DNA of 64,000 nucleotides from Paraspadella gotoi. Its lineage: Eukaryota; Animalia; Chaetognatha. Location of the stretch: contig CM119263.1 in NCBI GenBank assembly GCA_051294375.1, positions 30,740,053-30,804,052 on the forward strand, read 5' to 3'. The position numbers and the translations under genes are program-made. How positions within the stretch are numbered: the stretch's first letter is position 1; the number at the start of each line of letters is the position of its first letter. Below the pieces are notes generated by a model. That model had not been told where the DNA came from and ran no database searches. It was given only the letters and a program-made list of their open reading frames with translations. Of this stretch, positions 49,719-61,301 are shown piece by piece.

Positions 49719-50494
49719 GGGGGAAAAGGAAGGAAGAGAGAGAGAGAGAGGAGAGAAAGAAAGAAAGAAAGAAAGAAGAAAGAAAGAAAGAAGAAGAAAG
49801 AAAGAAAGAAAGAAAGAAGAAAGAAAAGAAAGAAAGAAAGAAAGAAAGAAAGAAAATCAAGGGAAAAAGAAAGAAATAAGGGAAAAAAGAAAGAAAGAAA
49901 GAAAGAAAAACAGACAGACAGACAGACCTGGCCGTGGAATCAGGCGACAAAACGAGCAAAAAAAAAAATATATCCTCGTCCGCCGCCAAAAGAAGATTAC
50001 AAGACCGACGAAAGAAGCCTGGTGTGGTAAGCAGTGATGGAGTAAGTGGGGGAGTGATGGAGTTGTCCGCCGGTGATGGGGTAAATGGGGACTGAGGAGT
50101 GATTACTGATTAGCACTTGGGAGTGAGAGAGTAAAGTGAGGTGAAGGTGGAAAAGCGATGCCCGTTAGTCTTGGGGTGGTGAAAAAATGGTGGAGTGAGG
50201 ATTCTGTCTTCTGAAAGAAGCTGGGTAAGAGAGCGAGTGATCGCAAGCGGAAGAGAGGAAATCAAGCCGAATGAAAGTAAACAAGAAGGAAGGAAATAAT
50301 AAGCGAGATTAGAAGGGAGACAAAAAGGATAGGAAAGGAGTAGGAAGGTTAAGCTATCTAAGGAAGTGCTGAGAAAAAATTAAGAATAAAGGGACTTAAA
50401 AGATTTTGAGGTGACGATATGTAACAAATTAATGAGGGGACGGAGAGAAGAAGGTAAGGGGAAGAGACAGATAGGGAGCATGGGGGGGGAGAGA

Positions 50495-50554
<60 letters not shown>

Positions 50555-52183
50555 AGAGAGGAGAGCGCGCGAATGTCGATTCTCATTCTCATACGAATTC
50601 GTGGGTGAGGTGAAAGGTCAGAATTGAACAAGGTGAGTTCATGGTATCGAAATTTGATGAAAAAAAAGTGACGCCTCGGTCACCACGCGTCTCTAAGTAA
50701 GTACAGACGTTAGAAAATAATACGTACTCAAAAGAAATAGTGGAGTTCGTCACGTAAACAGTAACAACGAGTCACTGTTTTTTTTTAATTCGTGGGTTTT
50801 TCATTACATTATTATATATTTGTTTTAGATTTACGAAAAGCAAATTATTCATCTTTGCTAACGCTAGTATGGACCCTAAATTTATTTTGAAGTTTTTATG
50901 AACCATTTAACTTTTTAACTCTAACCGTGAACGGTGAACCCAGCAATTCTTCAGTCGGGACGGGAAATGGAAAAGGTGAGATTTAAGGAACGAAGAAAAC
51001 GCGAGTTAATTAAAGTGAGTTTCTAGGGTAAGAGAAAAAAGAAAAGGCGAGGAAAGAGGCGAGGTCGTAAAACTCGACTTAATTCGGGAAAGTCTGAGTC
51101 GATCCTGATTTTCGGCGCGAAAGTCTCGCCAGTTTTCGACGATCGATCGATTGAGTGTAGGAGTGTTGAGGGCGACAAGGGTGCTAAAATTACGAGGATC
51201 CCTGAAGGGCGACGAGGTGTGAGAGAGTTCAGCTGTCAAGCGGTTAAGTGAGTGAGCAGGAAGGAAGTCTGCTATACGGAAATTAATTTACGCTATCGTC
51301 ACAACGGGATGTAAAATGGCGCGTCAGCCTTGAACTATGGCGAAGATGCTATTTTATAAGTGTTATCGGAGAGTAAAACGATGACAAGGAATCTGCATGA
51401 ATCATAGAGTTTTGTGAATTTGAAAATGTTTTAACTATCAGAGAAGATATGCGCTTAATACATTCTCAATAACCTTTCGCCTGTTTAGTGTTTACCTCCC
51501 TACTGAGGTATAATTGCTCTAAAAAAAAAAAAACAATTAAAACTATCGCACGGCGTATTTTTTTCTTGACTTCGAAGATGTGCTCAAGTCTTTTAACATT
51601 AGTAGGTACATACATCGCCTGCTCAGATCCCAATCTATTTTTAACAATAAAAGGCTTTACTCACCGTCGACCCCTGGAACTCATCTCTCCCAACCCCAGC
51701 GAGCTCGAACGAAGCTTTGCTTTACTCAGCTTTTTTCTCATTCAACTCGTAGCGGAGCAATTAATGAGATCCGCCATTAGGACTTTCCTTCTCTTCGATT
51801 CTTTTTTTCCAACGATTAGAGAGAGAGAGAGAGAGATAGAGAGAGAGAGAGATAGAAGAGAATACAGAGAGGAAGGAACAGAAACCATATAAAAAGATCT
51901 TCTACTTTCAAAAATAGATAGTAACTCCCGAAATACATATCAATATAAAAAAAAAAATTAAGTTAAAAATAAAAGGAGAGAAAAGGGGGGGGAAAAAGTA
52001 TGGTGGTCGAAATATGATGAATGGAAGTTTGGCGACGCGTCAACAAACACCGAAAAATGACCATCGCCCCGAGCGGGAGAAAAGGGGGAGAGTGGGAGGT
52101 CCTTACCCGCGGGGCTTCAGGAGGCTGCGGGGGAAGGTGAAAGATGGTAGGGGGGTAAGGAGTCTCTCCTTGTTATTGTGGTA

Positions 52184-52665
52184 GTTCTTGTGTGACGGAT
52201 GTCGTTAAAATCTTAAATCTTAATCTTAAGTTCTTGTGTGATGGATGTCGTTAAATCTTAATATTAATCTTAATCTTAATCTTAATCTTAAGTTCTTGTG
52301 TGACGGATGTTGTTAAAATCTTATCTAATCATTAATCTTAATTTTAATCTTAATCTTAATCTTAAGTTCTTGTGTGACGATGTCATTAAAAATCTTAATC
52401 TTAATCTTAATCTTAAGTTCTTGTGTGATGGATGTCGTTAAAATCTTAATCTTAATCTTATCTTAATCTTAAGTCTTGTGTGACGGATGTCGTTAAATTC
52501 TTAATCTTATCTTAATCTTAAGTTCTTGTGTGACGGATGTCGTTAAAATCTTAATCTTAATCTTAAGTTCTTGCGTGACAGATGTCATTAAAAGCTTAAT
52601 CTTAATCTTAATCTTAATCGTTAATCTTATCTTCAGTTCTTGTGTGACGGATGTTCGTTAAAATC
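52184..52665 (+). repeat. Nine copies of GTTCTTGTGTGACGGATGTCGTTAAA separated by variable-length (ATCTTA)n
   Basis: Starts at ~52184, 52230, 52292, 52366, 52417, 52473, 52522, 52567 and 52636. Confidence 0.95.
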
Positions 52666-52847
52666 GATCTCGTAATTAGATGAAATTACGGACTCGACGT
52701 CTGCAAAGGAAAAGTTTCTGCTTCGCGAAATATGAGGAGAAAGGGAAGAAATGACGAGAGAAATAAACATCGGAAAGTAAATTTTTTCATATCGTAAAAA
52801 AATTAATGGCGGAGAGGGAGGGAGGAGGAGAAGAGAAAGAAAGAGAG

Positions 52848-52889
<42 letters not shown>

Positions 52890-55332
52890 AGAGAAGCTAG
52901 AGAAAGAGAGAGGGGGAGATAGAGAACAGGGAGAGAAAGATAGAGGGAGAGAAAGAGGAGGGATAGAAAGAGAGAGCTAGAGAGAGAGAGAGGGAGAGAG
53001 AGAGAGAGGGAGAGAGAGAGAAAGAGAATAATAACCTACCGGTTCAGTGGGAGTACTACCTATAAACTTTTTACCTAGAAGTAAATAAAATATAGCATAA
53101 TGAAAACGAATACCTGAATAGCCTAACCAATTCAAGGCATCTTTAATATGCGTTTTGTCTTAATTTCAGTAAAATGGCTATTTTCTTTCTCTCTCTTACA
53201 TTTTTCTTCGCCGCGCGATGGTAAAGTGAAATTCTCTCGTGCCACAAGTTGGCAGACGAAATGCGTGAATTTCATTAACACCGACGCGAGAAATGTTGAG
53301 CTTTTTTTTGTTGAGAGGGGGGGGGGACGTTGAAGAGAGGTAAAAGAGAGGTGGAAAGAGTTAAAAGAGAGAGGTAAGAAAAAATAGCGACAGGAGTCGG
53401 ATCAGACGGGTAGAATAGGTTAGAATTTAGTAATATATAAGATAAGATAGTTTATAATTTTTTTTACTCTTAAGTCCAAAAGTACAACCGGAAAATGAAG
53501 TGATAAGTCTCGAAAGAAAACCGTCTTCTTGCCGAAGAGCAACACGTTTTTCAATTCACATCTTTTTTCAACTTTTCTTTCTATTATATTTTTTTTTTAA
53601 TTTTATTCTTCCAGTGAAAATGATAATACTTCACCAGATCCGCGACCCAAGGACGAAATAGAAAAGCCGCCGACGCCGCCGCCGAGCCGCCTAGCCGCCG
53701 AGAGTCTCACATTCCATAGTCGCCCACAGCTGTCGCCGTCGTCGCTTTCCACTGCCGTCACATGAGTAGCAGAACTACGGTGTGGTCGTCACCAAAGTCC
53801 AATGGTGACACGCTGCTTGATACGCGTTTTCCTTTCAAAATTTTATTTGCCTAAAAAGGGACCCAGAGCCATCTACCGGAATGAAAAAAAAATTTAACTT
53901 CTGGTTTGTAATTTGATACATATTAAAGAGTTCACGCACCAACTTGGTCTTGACAAAATGGACGGAATGGCTACAACGAGATCCAATCGGTGGCCGGACG
54001 AAAGGTGTCAAGCGACATCAGCGGTCGCCACTTCACCGAATCTTTTTTTTTCCAACCTTTCCAAGGCTATTTTCGGAGCGACTCCGTTAATGCCCTTAAT
54101 GGCCCCATTTTCTCCCAGCTCATGAAGGAGAATAGAATTGTAAATTGCGAGCGAGCCCGATTTTTTTTTTCGGTCTGGGTAACCAGGCAACCGAGACGCG
54201 CGATCGTCTGTGGAGAGAGCGGAGCGTCCCAAAGCCGCGCGCGGCTGAGGAAAAAGAGAGTTAATTAAAAAAGTTTTTAAAAAAAAAGATATTAAGCTTA
54301 ATCGCTATCAAATGCGGCTCGATTTTTACAGGTTCTTTTCTTTTCCGCTGCAAAGGTGAGACAACTTTGGGGAGAAAGTTTTATGGCGCCACTAAAACTC
54401 TTTTGACTGAAAAGACACGATTGGGTTTTTTTTTTTACTAGCGAAAAAAAATGTTTTTGATGCGCTTTCCTTCTTTTTTTTCTTCGTTATAGAACACAAT
54501 ATGCAATTGGTGAAGATTACTGTATATTACTATATATCTACACGATTAGATGAAGCGCGCAACGCGTAGATCTTTCGTTCCGCGATCGAGAGCTCTATAG
54601 AAACTAATAAAGTTTTATGTGAGGAAAATTAAAAAGATGGAAAAAACGCGAAGAGTTTTTCGGAAGAGGGAACGAGAGAAAGAAGGAGGAATGAAAAAAA
54701 AAAGTGAGAGAGGAAGTGGACAAAAATAAATGCGGAGAGGGTAGTGAGAGATCGGATGACAAAGGGGGGAAATTAAGTGATTATAGTTGTAGAAGTAAGC
54801 ATCGATGAGATAGGGGCGAATAAATGATAAATAAACAGATGACGAAGTGTTAAATTTCAGATCGTGGCGCAAAGATCAATCGGTGGTAAACAGACAGATA
54901 AACAAAAAATTTTCACAAGGAAGAGGAAGTTATTCGTAAGAAAAGCAAAGATAACCAAGTATCAGACAAACAAAAACCCTATAGTGGATATATATGATAG
55001 AAAACGAAGAGAGAGAGAGACAGTTAGACGCGCAAATAAACGAGATAGAGAAGAACGTCGGAAAACGATGGAGACTTTCCCTCTCCGATTGACGAGGGTA
55101 ATTAATACTTCCCCCCTTCTTCCAAGCCAAACAATTAGAGGCGATAACGGTTCTTATAGTTCCCGGCCGAGAGTAATGAAAACGAGATATCCGTAACTTA
55201 CCGGCTTCGGCATGGTGGCTGTGATGTTGCTATCGACGCTGATTACCCGATGGGGTTTCTTGTCGAGGACGCGGGTCGGTTATTATGTGAAAATCTTTTT
55301 GGAAATGTGCGAAAGAAAACTTAATGTTATAC

Positions 55333-55871
55333 TGTAGATTCGAACTCGGGATCTTTTGTCCGTGAGCGGCGACTCAGCCAGCATCGCCACTCAGTCCGAT
55401 GAACTTGTAATGCTGGAACTACCTTATATAACTAATTCGTTATATTACTATTTCATTGCTCTTTTATTATTATTTTAAGACAAATGAACATTTATATGTT
55501 ATGATATAATCAGATGTTTTTACTTGTTGTTTCCACAAGGTCTGGAAAATGTTTTCACAATCAGTTTAAATCAAAATTAATTAACTCAAAACTCCTCGTT
55601 AATAATTATTGCTTTCTCATTGTTAATTAATCATTTTACATTGTACTATTGTTACTCATATAGATATTGCAATTACTAATTAGTAAATGGAATATCTATA
55701 TGCTTTGATTATTTTATTAAGGTGATTTTAATCAAGAACCAATAAATTGGTTCAGTTCTTTTTATAAGACATTCAATAAACATTTTAGTGCCACGAGCGT
55801 CAACGCCAACGTCAGCGCCACTTCCGGTTCTAGGTTCTAAAAAACGAAGCCATTGATTTGCGCCATCTACA
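55333..55871 (+). repeat. 5' LTR
   Basis: Nearly identical to 60772-61301, with a few substitutions and indels. Confidence 0.95.
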
Positions 55872-55872
55872 T

Positions 55873-55888
55873 TGGTGATCCGCGACGT
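55873..55888 (+). promoter_or_regulatory. Primer-binding site, tRNA-Trp-like
   Basis: TGGTGATCCGCGACGT, 1 nt after the LTR, resembles TGGTGACCCCGACGT. Confidence 0.7.
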
Positions 55889-55926
55889 CGGACAACTTCC
55901 CAACCTTCTGATACTCAACCACATCA

Positions 55927-57054
55927 ATGAGCGACTCTCGCGAGACGCGACAAGCCGTCCGACTGCGTCAACAAGCAAGCTTGAACGTTCCTGCTGGATT
56001 TGGACGCGGCCGAAACTCGCGCGAGAACTCGCCAACGAATCTTGTAGGCTCACTCGCCACTCCAGTATTTAATTATCCGCCGGCGGCAACGGACTCAGAG
56101 GTTTTCGCCGACGCTGAAGGCGACGATATGGCCGCCGCCGCTGCTCTCGGCGAAACGGAGGTTCTCCGTACCGCCCTCGCTACAGCTTTAGCTGCATTAG
56201 AGAAAAAGAGGAAGCCCGAGCTCCCTGCCTTCGATCCGAAAAATATCGACGTCTGGCTCCGCCGAGTCGAGGCAGCTTTCGTTAGATCCAATATCCGCGA
56301 CGCCAAGGAGAAGTTTGCGCACTTGGAGTCGAAGATCGACGTCAATATCAATCCACGCGTGAACGCCTTCCTTTATGGGGAGCAGTCGGATAGGCGTTGG
56401 AATGAATTCGTCCTCTACCTCCAGAAGGAGTATGGCACCACTCCGCGCCAACAAGCAGCGATCTTGCTCGATGGATTCGGCCGCGACGGCCTCAGACCGT
56501 CTCAACACCTCGCACGTTTAGAGGAAAAAATAAAGGCGGTTACGATCGACGACTTAAAAAAGGAGACGATCATTAGAGGTCTCCCAATTGAGATTCAACG
56601 CTCGCTCGAGGGGAAGGTCGACACCTGGACCGCTGCAGAATTGGCCGACGAGGCCGATAAGTTCTTCGACCAGGACGGACGCCCTCGTCTAGCGGCACCA
56701 TCCTCGACCATCAACGCCGCGACCCTCAAGCAACTCGTCGACGACGACGAGACCGATAGCGACGGCGAAGCGGAAGTCAACGCCATAGGCGGACAGGGAC
56801 GCGACCGGAACCGTCCCTCAAATGGAAACTGGAGATCCGCCGCCTCAAAACCGTCGTCGAGCGGCCCAAGACCATCGAATGGCCCGTCAACAAGCACGCG
56901 CTCGACAAATCAAAAACTCAAACAAATATGTCGATACCACCTCAAGTTCGGCGACGCCGCCTTCAAGTGCGAGCGCGGTTGCGCCCGCAGGACGGACTTC
57001 ATGGAGAGGCGCGACTCGAAGCCGGGAAACGGGACAGCGGGGCCGCGCAGGTGA
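55927..57054 (+). CDS. gag: Gag
   Basis: 375-aa ORF with LPAFDPKNIDVWLRRVEAAF, GLRPSQHL and C-terminal CRYHLKFGDAAFKCERGC (CHCC). Confidence 0.92.
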   Translation: MSDSRETRQAVRLRQQASLNVPAGFGRGRNSRENSPTNLVGSLATPVFNYPPAATDSEVFADAEGDDMAAAAALGETEVLRTALATALAALEKKRKPELPAFDPKNIDVWLRRVEAAFVRSNIRDAKEKFAHLESKIDVNINPRVNAFLYGEQSDRRWNEFVLYLQKEYGTTPRQQAAILLDGFGRDGLRPSQHLARLEEKIKAVTIDDLKKETIIRGLPIEIQRSLEGKVDTWTAAELADEADKFFDQDGRPRLAAPSSTINAATLKQLVDDDETDSDGEAEVNAIGGQGRDRNRPSNGNWRSAASKPSSSGPRPSNGPSTSTRSTNQKLKQICRYHLKFGDAAFKCERGCARRTDFMERRDSKPGNGTAGPRR

Positions 57055-57068
57055 ACGCCGTGCCCCGC
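57024..57068 (+). promoter_or_regulatory. -1 programmed ribosomal frameshift signal
   Basis: G GGA AAC in the gag frame (57024-57030), a 6-nt spacer, then stem GCGGGGC/GCCCCGC; pol is in the -1 frame. Confidence 0.85.
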
Positions 57069-60000
57069 TCGAACGATGACTCACCGGACTCCTATCTCCT
57101 TCATGTCGTCGACGCCAGCGACGGTCGTCACTGGCTTGTGGACGGGGGAGCCTTGCTCTCCCTCATTCCGCCGACACAGGAGCAGCGAGAGGCGGGTCCG
57201 ACTGGAGCGCAGTTGCAGGCAGCTAACGGAAGCCCAATAGCCTGTTATGGCATAGCCCATCGCCGGATAACATTAGGCCCAAGAATATTCCCTTTCGATG
57301 TGTTGATAGCTGACGTCACACAGAGTATTCTTGGAGCAGACTTCTTAGCGGAATATTATCTCGCCCCGAATCACCGCGATGGTATATTATTGGACTTACG
57401 TGACTACTCAACTATCCCGTGCGCAGTCACCCGCGGCAAAGCCCCATCTCAAGTCAATTTCGTTGACCAGAGCGAGAACGTGTTTTACCAGCTACTCGAC
57501 AAATATCCGTCACTCTCTAAGCCAAGTTTCGAACTGAGGGAGCCTAAGCATGGCGTGCGGCACCACATACCTACAGATGGCCGTCCCTGCCAAGCACGCG
57601 CCCGGCGCCTCGATCCGGAGAAGCTTGCAGTCGCTAAGGCGGAGCTGGAAAAAATGGTGGCGCTTGGCATCGCCAAACGGTCAAAAAGCGCCTGGTCCTC
57701 GCCAATTTTGTGTGTCCCCAAATCTGACGGAGGATGGAGAGTTTGTGGCGACTTTCGCCGCCTCAATGCCATGACCAAGGAGGATAAATATCCTGTGAAG
57801 TTGTTGGCGGACTTCAACGCCCAACTCGCCGGGAAAAAAATTTTCTCCAAGGTCGATCTCCTGAAGGGATATCACCAGATCCCTGTGGCGGATGAGGACG
57901 TCGCCAAAACAGCCGTAATTACACCTTTCGGCTTGTTCGTCTTCCTGAGGACACCGTTCGGCCTTAAAANNNNNNNNNNAGACTTTCAAAGGATGATGGA
58001 CGAAATCCTTGGCGACGTGCCTCACACGTACGTATACCTCGACGACATCCTCGTCGCTAGCGAAGACGAGGAGCAGCACCAACACGACCTCGAACAGGTC
58101 TTCAAGGCCCTCTCGAGCAATGGACTCGTCGTCAACAGGAAGAAATGTGAACTGGGAAAGAAGTCACTCGAGTTCCTAGGCTACTTGGTGGATGCATCCG
58201 GCGTCAAACCTCTACCAAAGAAGGTTGACGCGATACGCGCCACAAATCCTCCTACAACAATCAAGGAACTCCAGCGCTTTCTCGGAATGGTAAATTATTA
58301 CCGCCGATTCCTTCCAAAAGCAGCTCACCACGCCGCCGCCCTCTACGATGCATTGGCCGGCAAACCCAAGCAGCTCGTATGGACAGAGGCATGCTCGACA
58401 GCCTTCGACGCCGTCAAAGAGGCTCTAGCAAACGCCGCCTTATTACGCCACCCCCGCACCAACGCCCAACTCTCCCTAACGACAGACGCCTCCGACATCG
58501 CCGTCGGCGCCGTCTTGGAGCAGCGCAGCGGCGACGGATGGGAACCGTTGGCCTTTTTTTCGGCCAAACTGGACGAAACCCAGCGGAGATGGCCCCCGTT
58601 TGATCGGGAACTGTACGGCGCGTTCCGAGCAGTGAGACATTTTCGTCATTGGCTGGAGGGTCGGTCATTTACTCTCTACACCGACCACCAGTCACTCATT
58701 CACGCCCTCCACAAGCGCTCCGAACCTCAGACTACTCGGCACAACTTTCAGCTCTCAGTTATTTCCGAGTTTACGACAGATATTCGACACGTGCGTGGGA
58801 AGGCCAACGTGGTGGCCGACGCCCTCTCCCGGCCGAATCCTCCTCCCGCTATCGCCTCCGTCGACAAACCTGTCCCCGACGAAAAAGTCGAGGACCTCAT
58901 CGGCACCATCAACGCGATCGGTCAGGAAGGGATCGACTTGGAGGCCATGGCTCGCCACCAAGCACTCGACAGAGACTTTCAACGCCTTACCAATGACGCG
59001 AGGACAGGTTTGAGCTTCCGAAAAGTCAGACTCGGCAACCACGATCTTCTCGTCGATGTCTCGAACGGTCCTGCTCGCCCTTTCGTCCCCGAATCCTGGC
59101 GTCGCCGAATTTTCGACGCTGTCCACGGCCTCGGGCACCCAGGCGTCGCTAGGACAAGGGAAACTATCTCCTCGAAGTTTGTTTGGCCGTCAATCCGCGC
59201 AGACACGACGCGTTGGGCGAGGGAATGTCTCGATTGCCAGCGGGCAAAAGTAACACGCCACGTCACTCCAAACATCGGCGAGTTCGACGTCCCCGCTCGC
59301 AGATTTCAGCACCTTAATGTCGACATAACCATCATGCCTGCATCGAACGGGTTCGGTTACCTTTTAACTGTCGTCGACCGCTTCTCCAGATGGCCGACCG
59401 CACTGCCCATGAAGGACATGACGTCAACCTCAGTGGTCGACACTCTCGTCCATGGTTGGATATCAACCTTCGGAGTACCCTCGGACATTACGACAGATAG
59501 AGGTGCACAATTCAATTCGTCAACATGGACCCAACTGGCTCAGACATGGGGTATACGCCACCACCAAACTGCCGCCTACCACCCACAGGCGAATGGGTTA
59601 GTAGAGCGCTTTCATCGCCGTCTCAAGGAGGCTTTGATAGCCCTTGCGGCTGAAGATCCGCACCAATGGTTTTGGCGCCTACCTGCAGCTCTACTCGCCA
59701 TTAGGACGACCATCAAACCCGACCTCGGCGCTTCGCCCGCCGACCTCGTCTTTGGTGAGGGCCTCACAGTTCCCGGAGACCTCCTGGCCCCAGCTCCATC
59801 TGACGACCAACTTCAACATCAGCGCCGCATCCTCCGAAACAACTTACGAGTTGAAGTAGAGCGGCTGCAACCTACGGAGACGTCTACACATCGTTCACCA
59901 AACGTCTATCTCCCTGAATCGCTCGTCGACGCCACTCATGTGTTCATTCAACGCTCAGGCGTCAAACCGCCTCTCTCAGCGCCTTACCAGGGCCCGTTTC

Positions 60001-60617
60001 GCGTCATCTCGCGTGACAACTTAAACTTCAGAGTCGATATCCCTGGTCGAGGCGTCGAGACGGTCGCGATCGCCCGCATCAAGCCGGCGGCAATTTGGAG
60101 AGATCAAAACGGCGACGAACGTGTCTCCCAACCACCTTCTCCTCCTCCTCCTCCTCCTCCGGGTCGTCGACCAGGCCCTCGAACCCGTCAACCTCAACCG
60201 ACAACCCGTGTAACAAGATCCATGTCTCGAGCATCAACTCAGCATCGTCAACCTCCTCCACCACAAGTGGCGTATATTAACGACGCCAATCNNNNNNNNN
60301 NCAATGACGACAACGACGACATCCTCCAGCGCACAGAAGTCGCGCCAGAGTCCAGAGCGCCAACCTCGAATTCTCCTATCGAATCGGGCAATCGCGGCGA
60401 CCAAAACGAAGATTCCCCAGCGACGTCAGCGCCAACGCTTCCGTTTGGCGCGCCTCCGTCACCACAAGAAATCGAATCAGCGTCAGCAAGTCAAGCCCAG
60501 CCACGCCCACCGATAACGAGATCCTCGAGGCCCGCTCCAGAAAACAAAACAATAAGCAGTGCCGATCGTCCAAATTATAACTCTGTCCTTCGTCACCTGC
60601 TAATGAACATTACATGA
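57030..60617 (+). CDS. pol: Pol (protease, RT, RNase H, integrase, Pro-rich tail), expressed as a Gag-Pol fusion
   Basis: LVDGGA, ILGADFL, YLDD, TTDASD, H..GH..C..C, DRG..E (NGLVERF), GPF motif. The open frame starts at 56928 and spans two 10-N runs. Confidence 0.95.
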   Translation, partial: RDSGAAQVNAVPRSNDDSPDSYLLHVVDASDGRHWLVDGGALLSLIPPTQEQREAGPTGAQLQAANGSPIACYGIAHRRITLGPRIFPFDVLIADVTQSILGADFLAEYYLAPNHRDGILLDLRDYSTIPCAVTRGKAPSQVNFVDQSENVFYQLLDKYPSLSKPSFELREPKHGVRHHIPTDGRPCQARARRLDPEKLAVAKAELEKMVALGIAKRSKSAWSSPILCVPKSDGGWRVCGDFRRLNAMTKEDKYPVKLLADFNAQLAGKKIFSKVDLLKGYHQIPVADEDVAKTAVITPFGLFVFLRTPFGLKXXXXDFQRMMDEILGDVPHTYVYLDDILVASEDEEQHQHDLEQVFKALSSNGLVVNRKKCELGKKSLEFLGYLVDASGVKPLPKKVDAIRATNPPTTIKELQRFLGMVNYYRRFLPKAAHHAAALYDALAGKPKQLVWTEACSTAFDAVKEALANAALLRHPRTNAQLSLTTDASDIAVGAVLEQRSGDGWEPLAFFSAKLDETQRRWPPFDRELYGAFRAVRHFRHWLEGRSFTLYTDHQSLIHALHKRSEPQTTRHNFQLSVISEFTTDIRHVRGKANVVADALSRPNPPPAIASVDKPVPDEKVEDLIGTINAIGQEGIDLEAMARHQALDRDFQRLTNDARTGLSFRKVRLGNHDLLVDVSNGPARPFVPESWRRRIFDAVHGLGHPGVARTRETISSKFVWPSIRADTTRWARECLDCQRAKVTRHVTPNIGEFDVPARRFQHLNVDITIMPASNGFGYLLTVVDRFSRWPTALPMKDMTSTSVVDTLVHGWISTFGVPSDITTDRGAQFNSSTWTQLAQTWGIRHHQTAAYHPQANGLVERFHRRLKEALIALAAEDPHQWFWRLPAALLAIRTTIKPDLGASPADLVFGEGLTVPGDLLAPAPSDDQLQHQRRILRNNLRVEVERLQPTETSTHRSPNVYLPESLVDATHVFIQRSGVKPPLSAPYQGPFRVISRDNLNFRVDIPGRGVETVAIARIKPAAIWRDQNGDERVSQPPSPPPPPPPGRRPGPRTRQPQPTTRVTRSMSRASTQHRQPPPPQVAYINDANXXXXNDDNDDILQRTEVAPESRAPTSNSPIESGNRGDQNEDSPATSAPTLPFGAPPSPQEIESASASQAQPRPPITRSSRPAPENKTISSADRPNYNSVLRHLLMNIT

Positions 60618-60771
60618 ATTTTAAAACCTTATATAGATATTCAGACTTTCATTTATTATTATTACTAAGTTAATTAGTACTTACCTTGTAAATAAGCCGA
60701 CTTCAAATTACCTTGGTCTTTGAGCCCAACCGTTTTTCTCCGCGAATTGTGTAATTCACGTCAGGGGGGGA

Positions 60772-61301
60772 TGTAGATTCGAACTCGGGATCTTTTGTCC
60801 GTGAGCGGCGATCAGCAGCATCGCCACTCAGTCCGATGAACTTGTAATGCTGGAACTACCTTATATAACTAATTCGTTATATTACTATTTCATTGCTCTT
60901 TTATTATTATTTTTAGACAAATGAACATTTATATGTTATGATATAATCAGATGTTTTTACTTGTTGTTTCCACAAGGTCTGGAAAATGTTTTCACAATCA
61001 GTTTAAATCAAAATTAATTAACTCAAAACTCCTCGTTAATAATTATTGCTTTCTCATTGTTAATTAATCATTTTACATTGTACTATTGTTACTCATATAG
61101 ATATTGCAATTACTAATTAGTAAATGGAATATCTATATGCTTTGATTATTTTATTAAGGTGATTTTAATCAAGAACCAAATAAATTGGTTCAGTTCTTTT
61201 TATAAGACATTCAATAAACATTTTAGTGCCACGAGCGTCAACGCCAACGTCAGCGCCACTTCCGGTTCTAAAAACGAAGTCATTGATTTGCGCCATCTAC
61301 A
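60772..61301 (+). repeat. 3' LTR, preceded by PPT AGGGGGGGA
   Basis: Direct repeat of 55333-55871. Confidence 0.95.

Larger units (their letters stand above)
55333..61301 (+). mobile_element. Full-length Ty3/Gypsy LTR retrotransposon, CsRn1-like clade
   Basis: LTRs with TGTAGAT..ATCTACA termini, tRNA-Trp-like PBS, G-run PPT, Gag CHCC finger, PR-RT-RH-IN order. Confidence 0.95.

Noticed and set aside
47460-50631. ER-, LS-, D- and K-rich ORFs, including 47936-48166 and 48293-48730
   Set aside because: They are driven by (GA)n, (GAC)n and purine tracts, with no recognisable domain or consistent exon chain; a short real exon cannot be fully excluded.
52184-52665. CRISPR array
   Set aside because: The spacers are all (ATCTTA)n rather than unique sequence, there are no cas genes, and the context is eukaryotic.
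56073-60573. Antisense and alternative-frame ORFs within the Gypsy element
   Set aside because: These are expected shadows of GC-rich gag/pol; no env-like or other domain was recognised.
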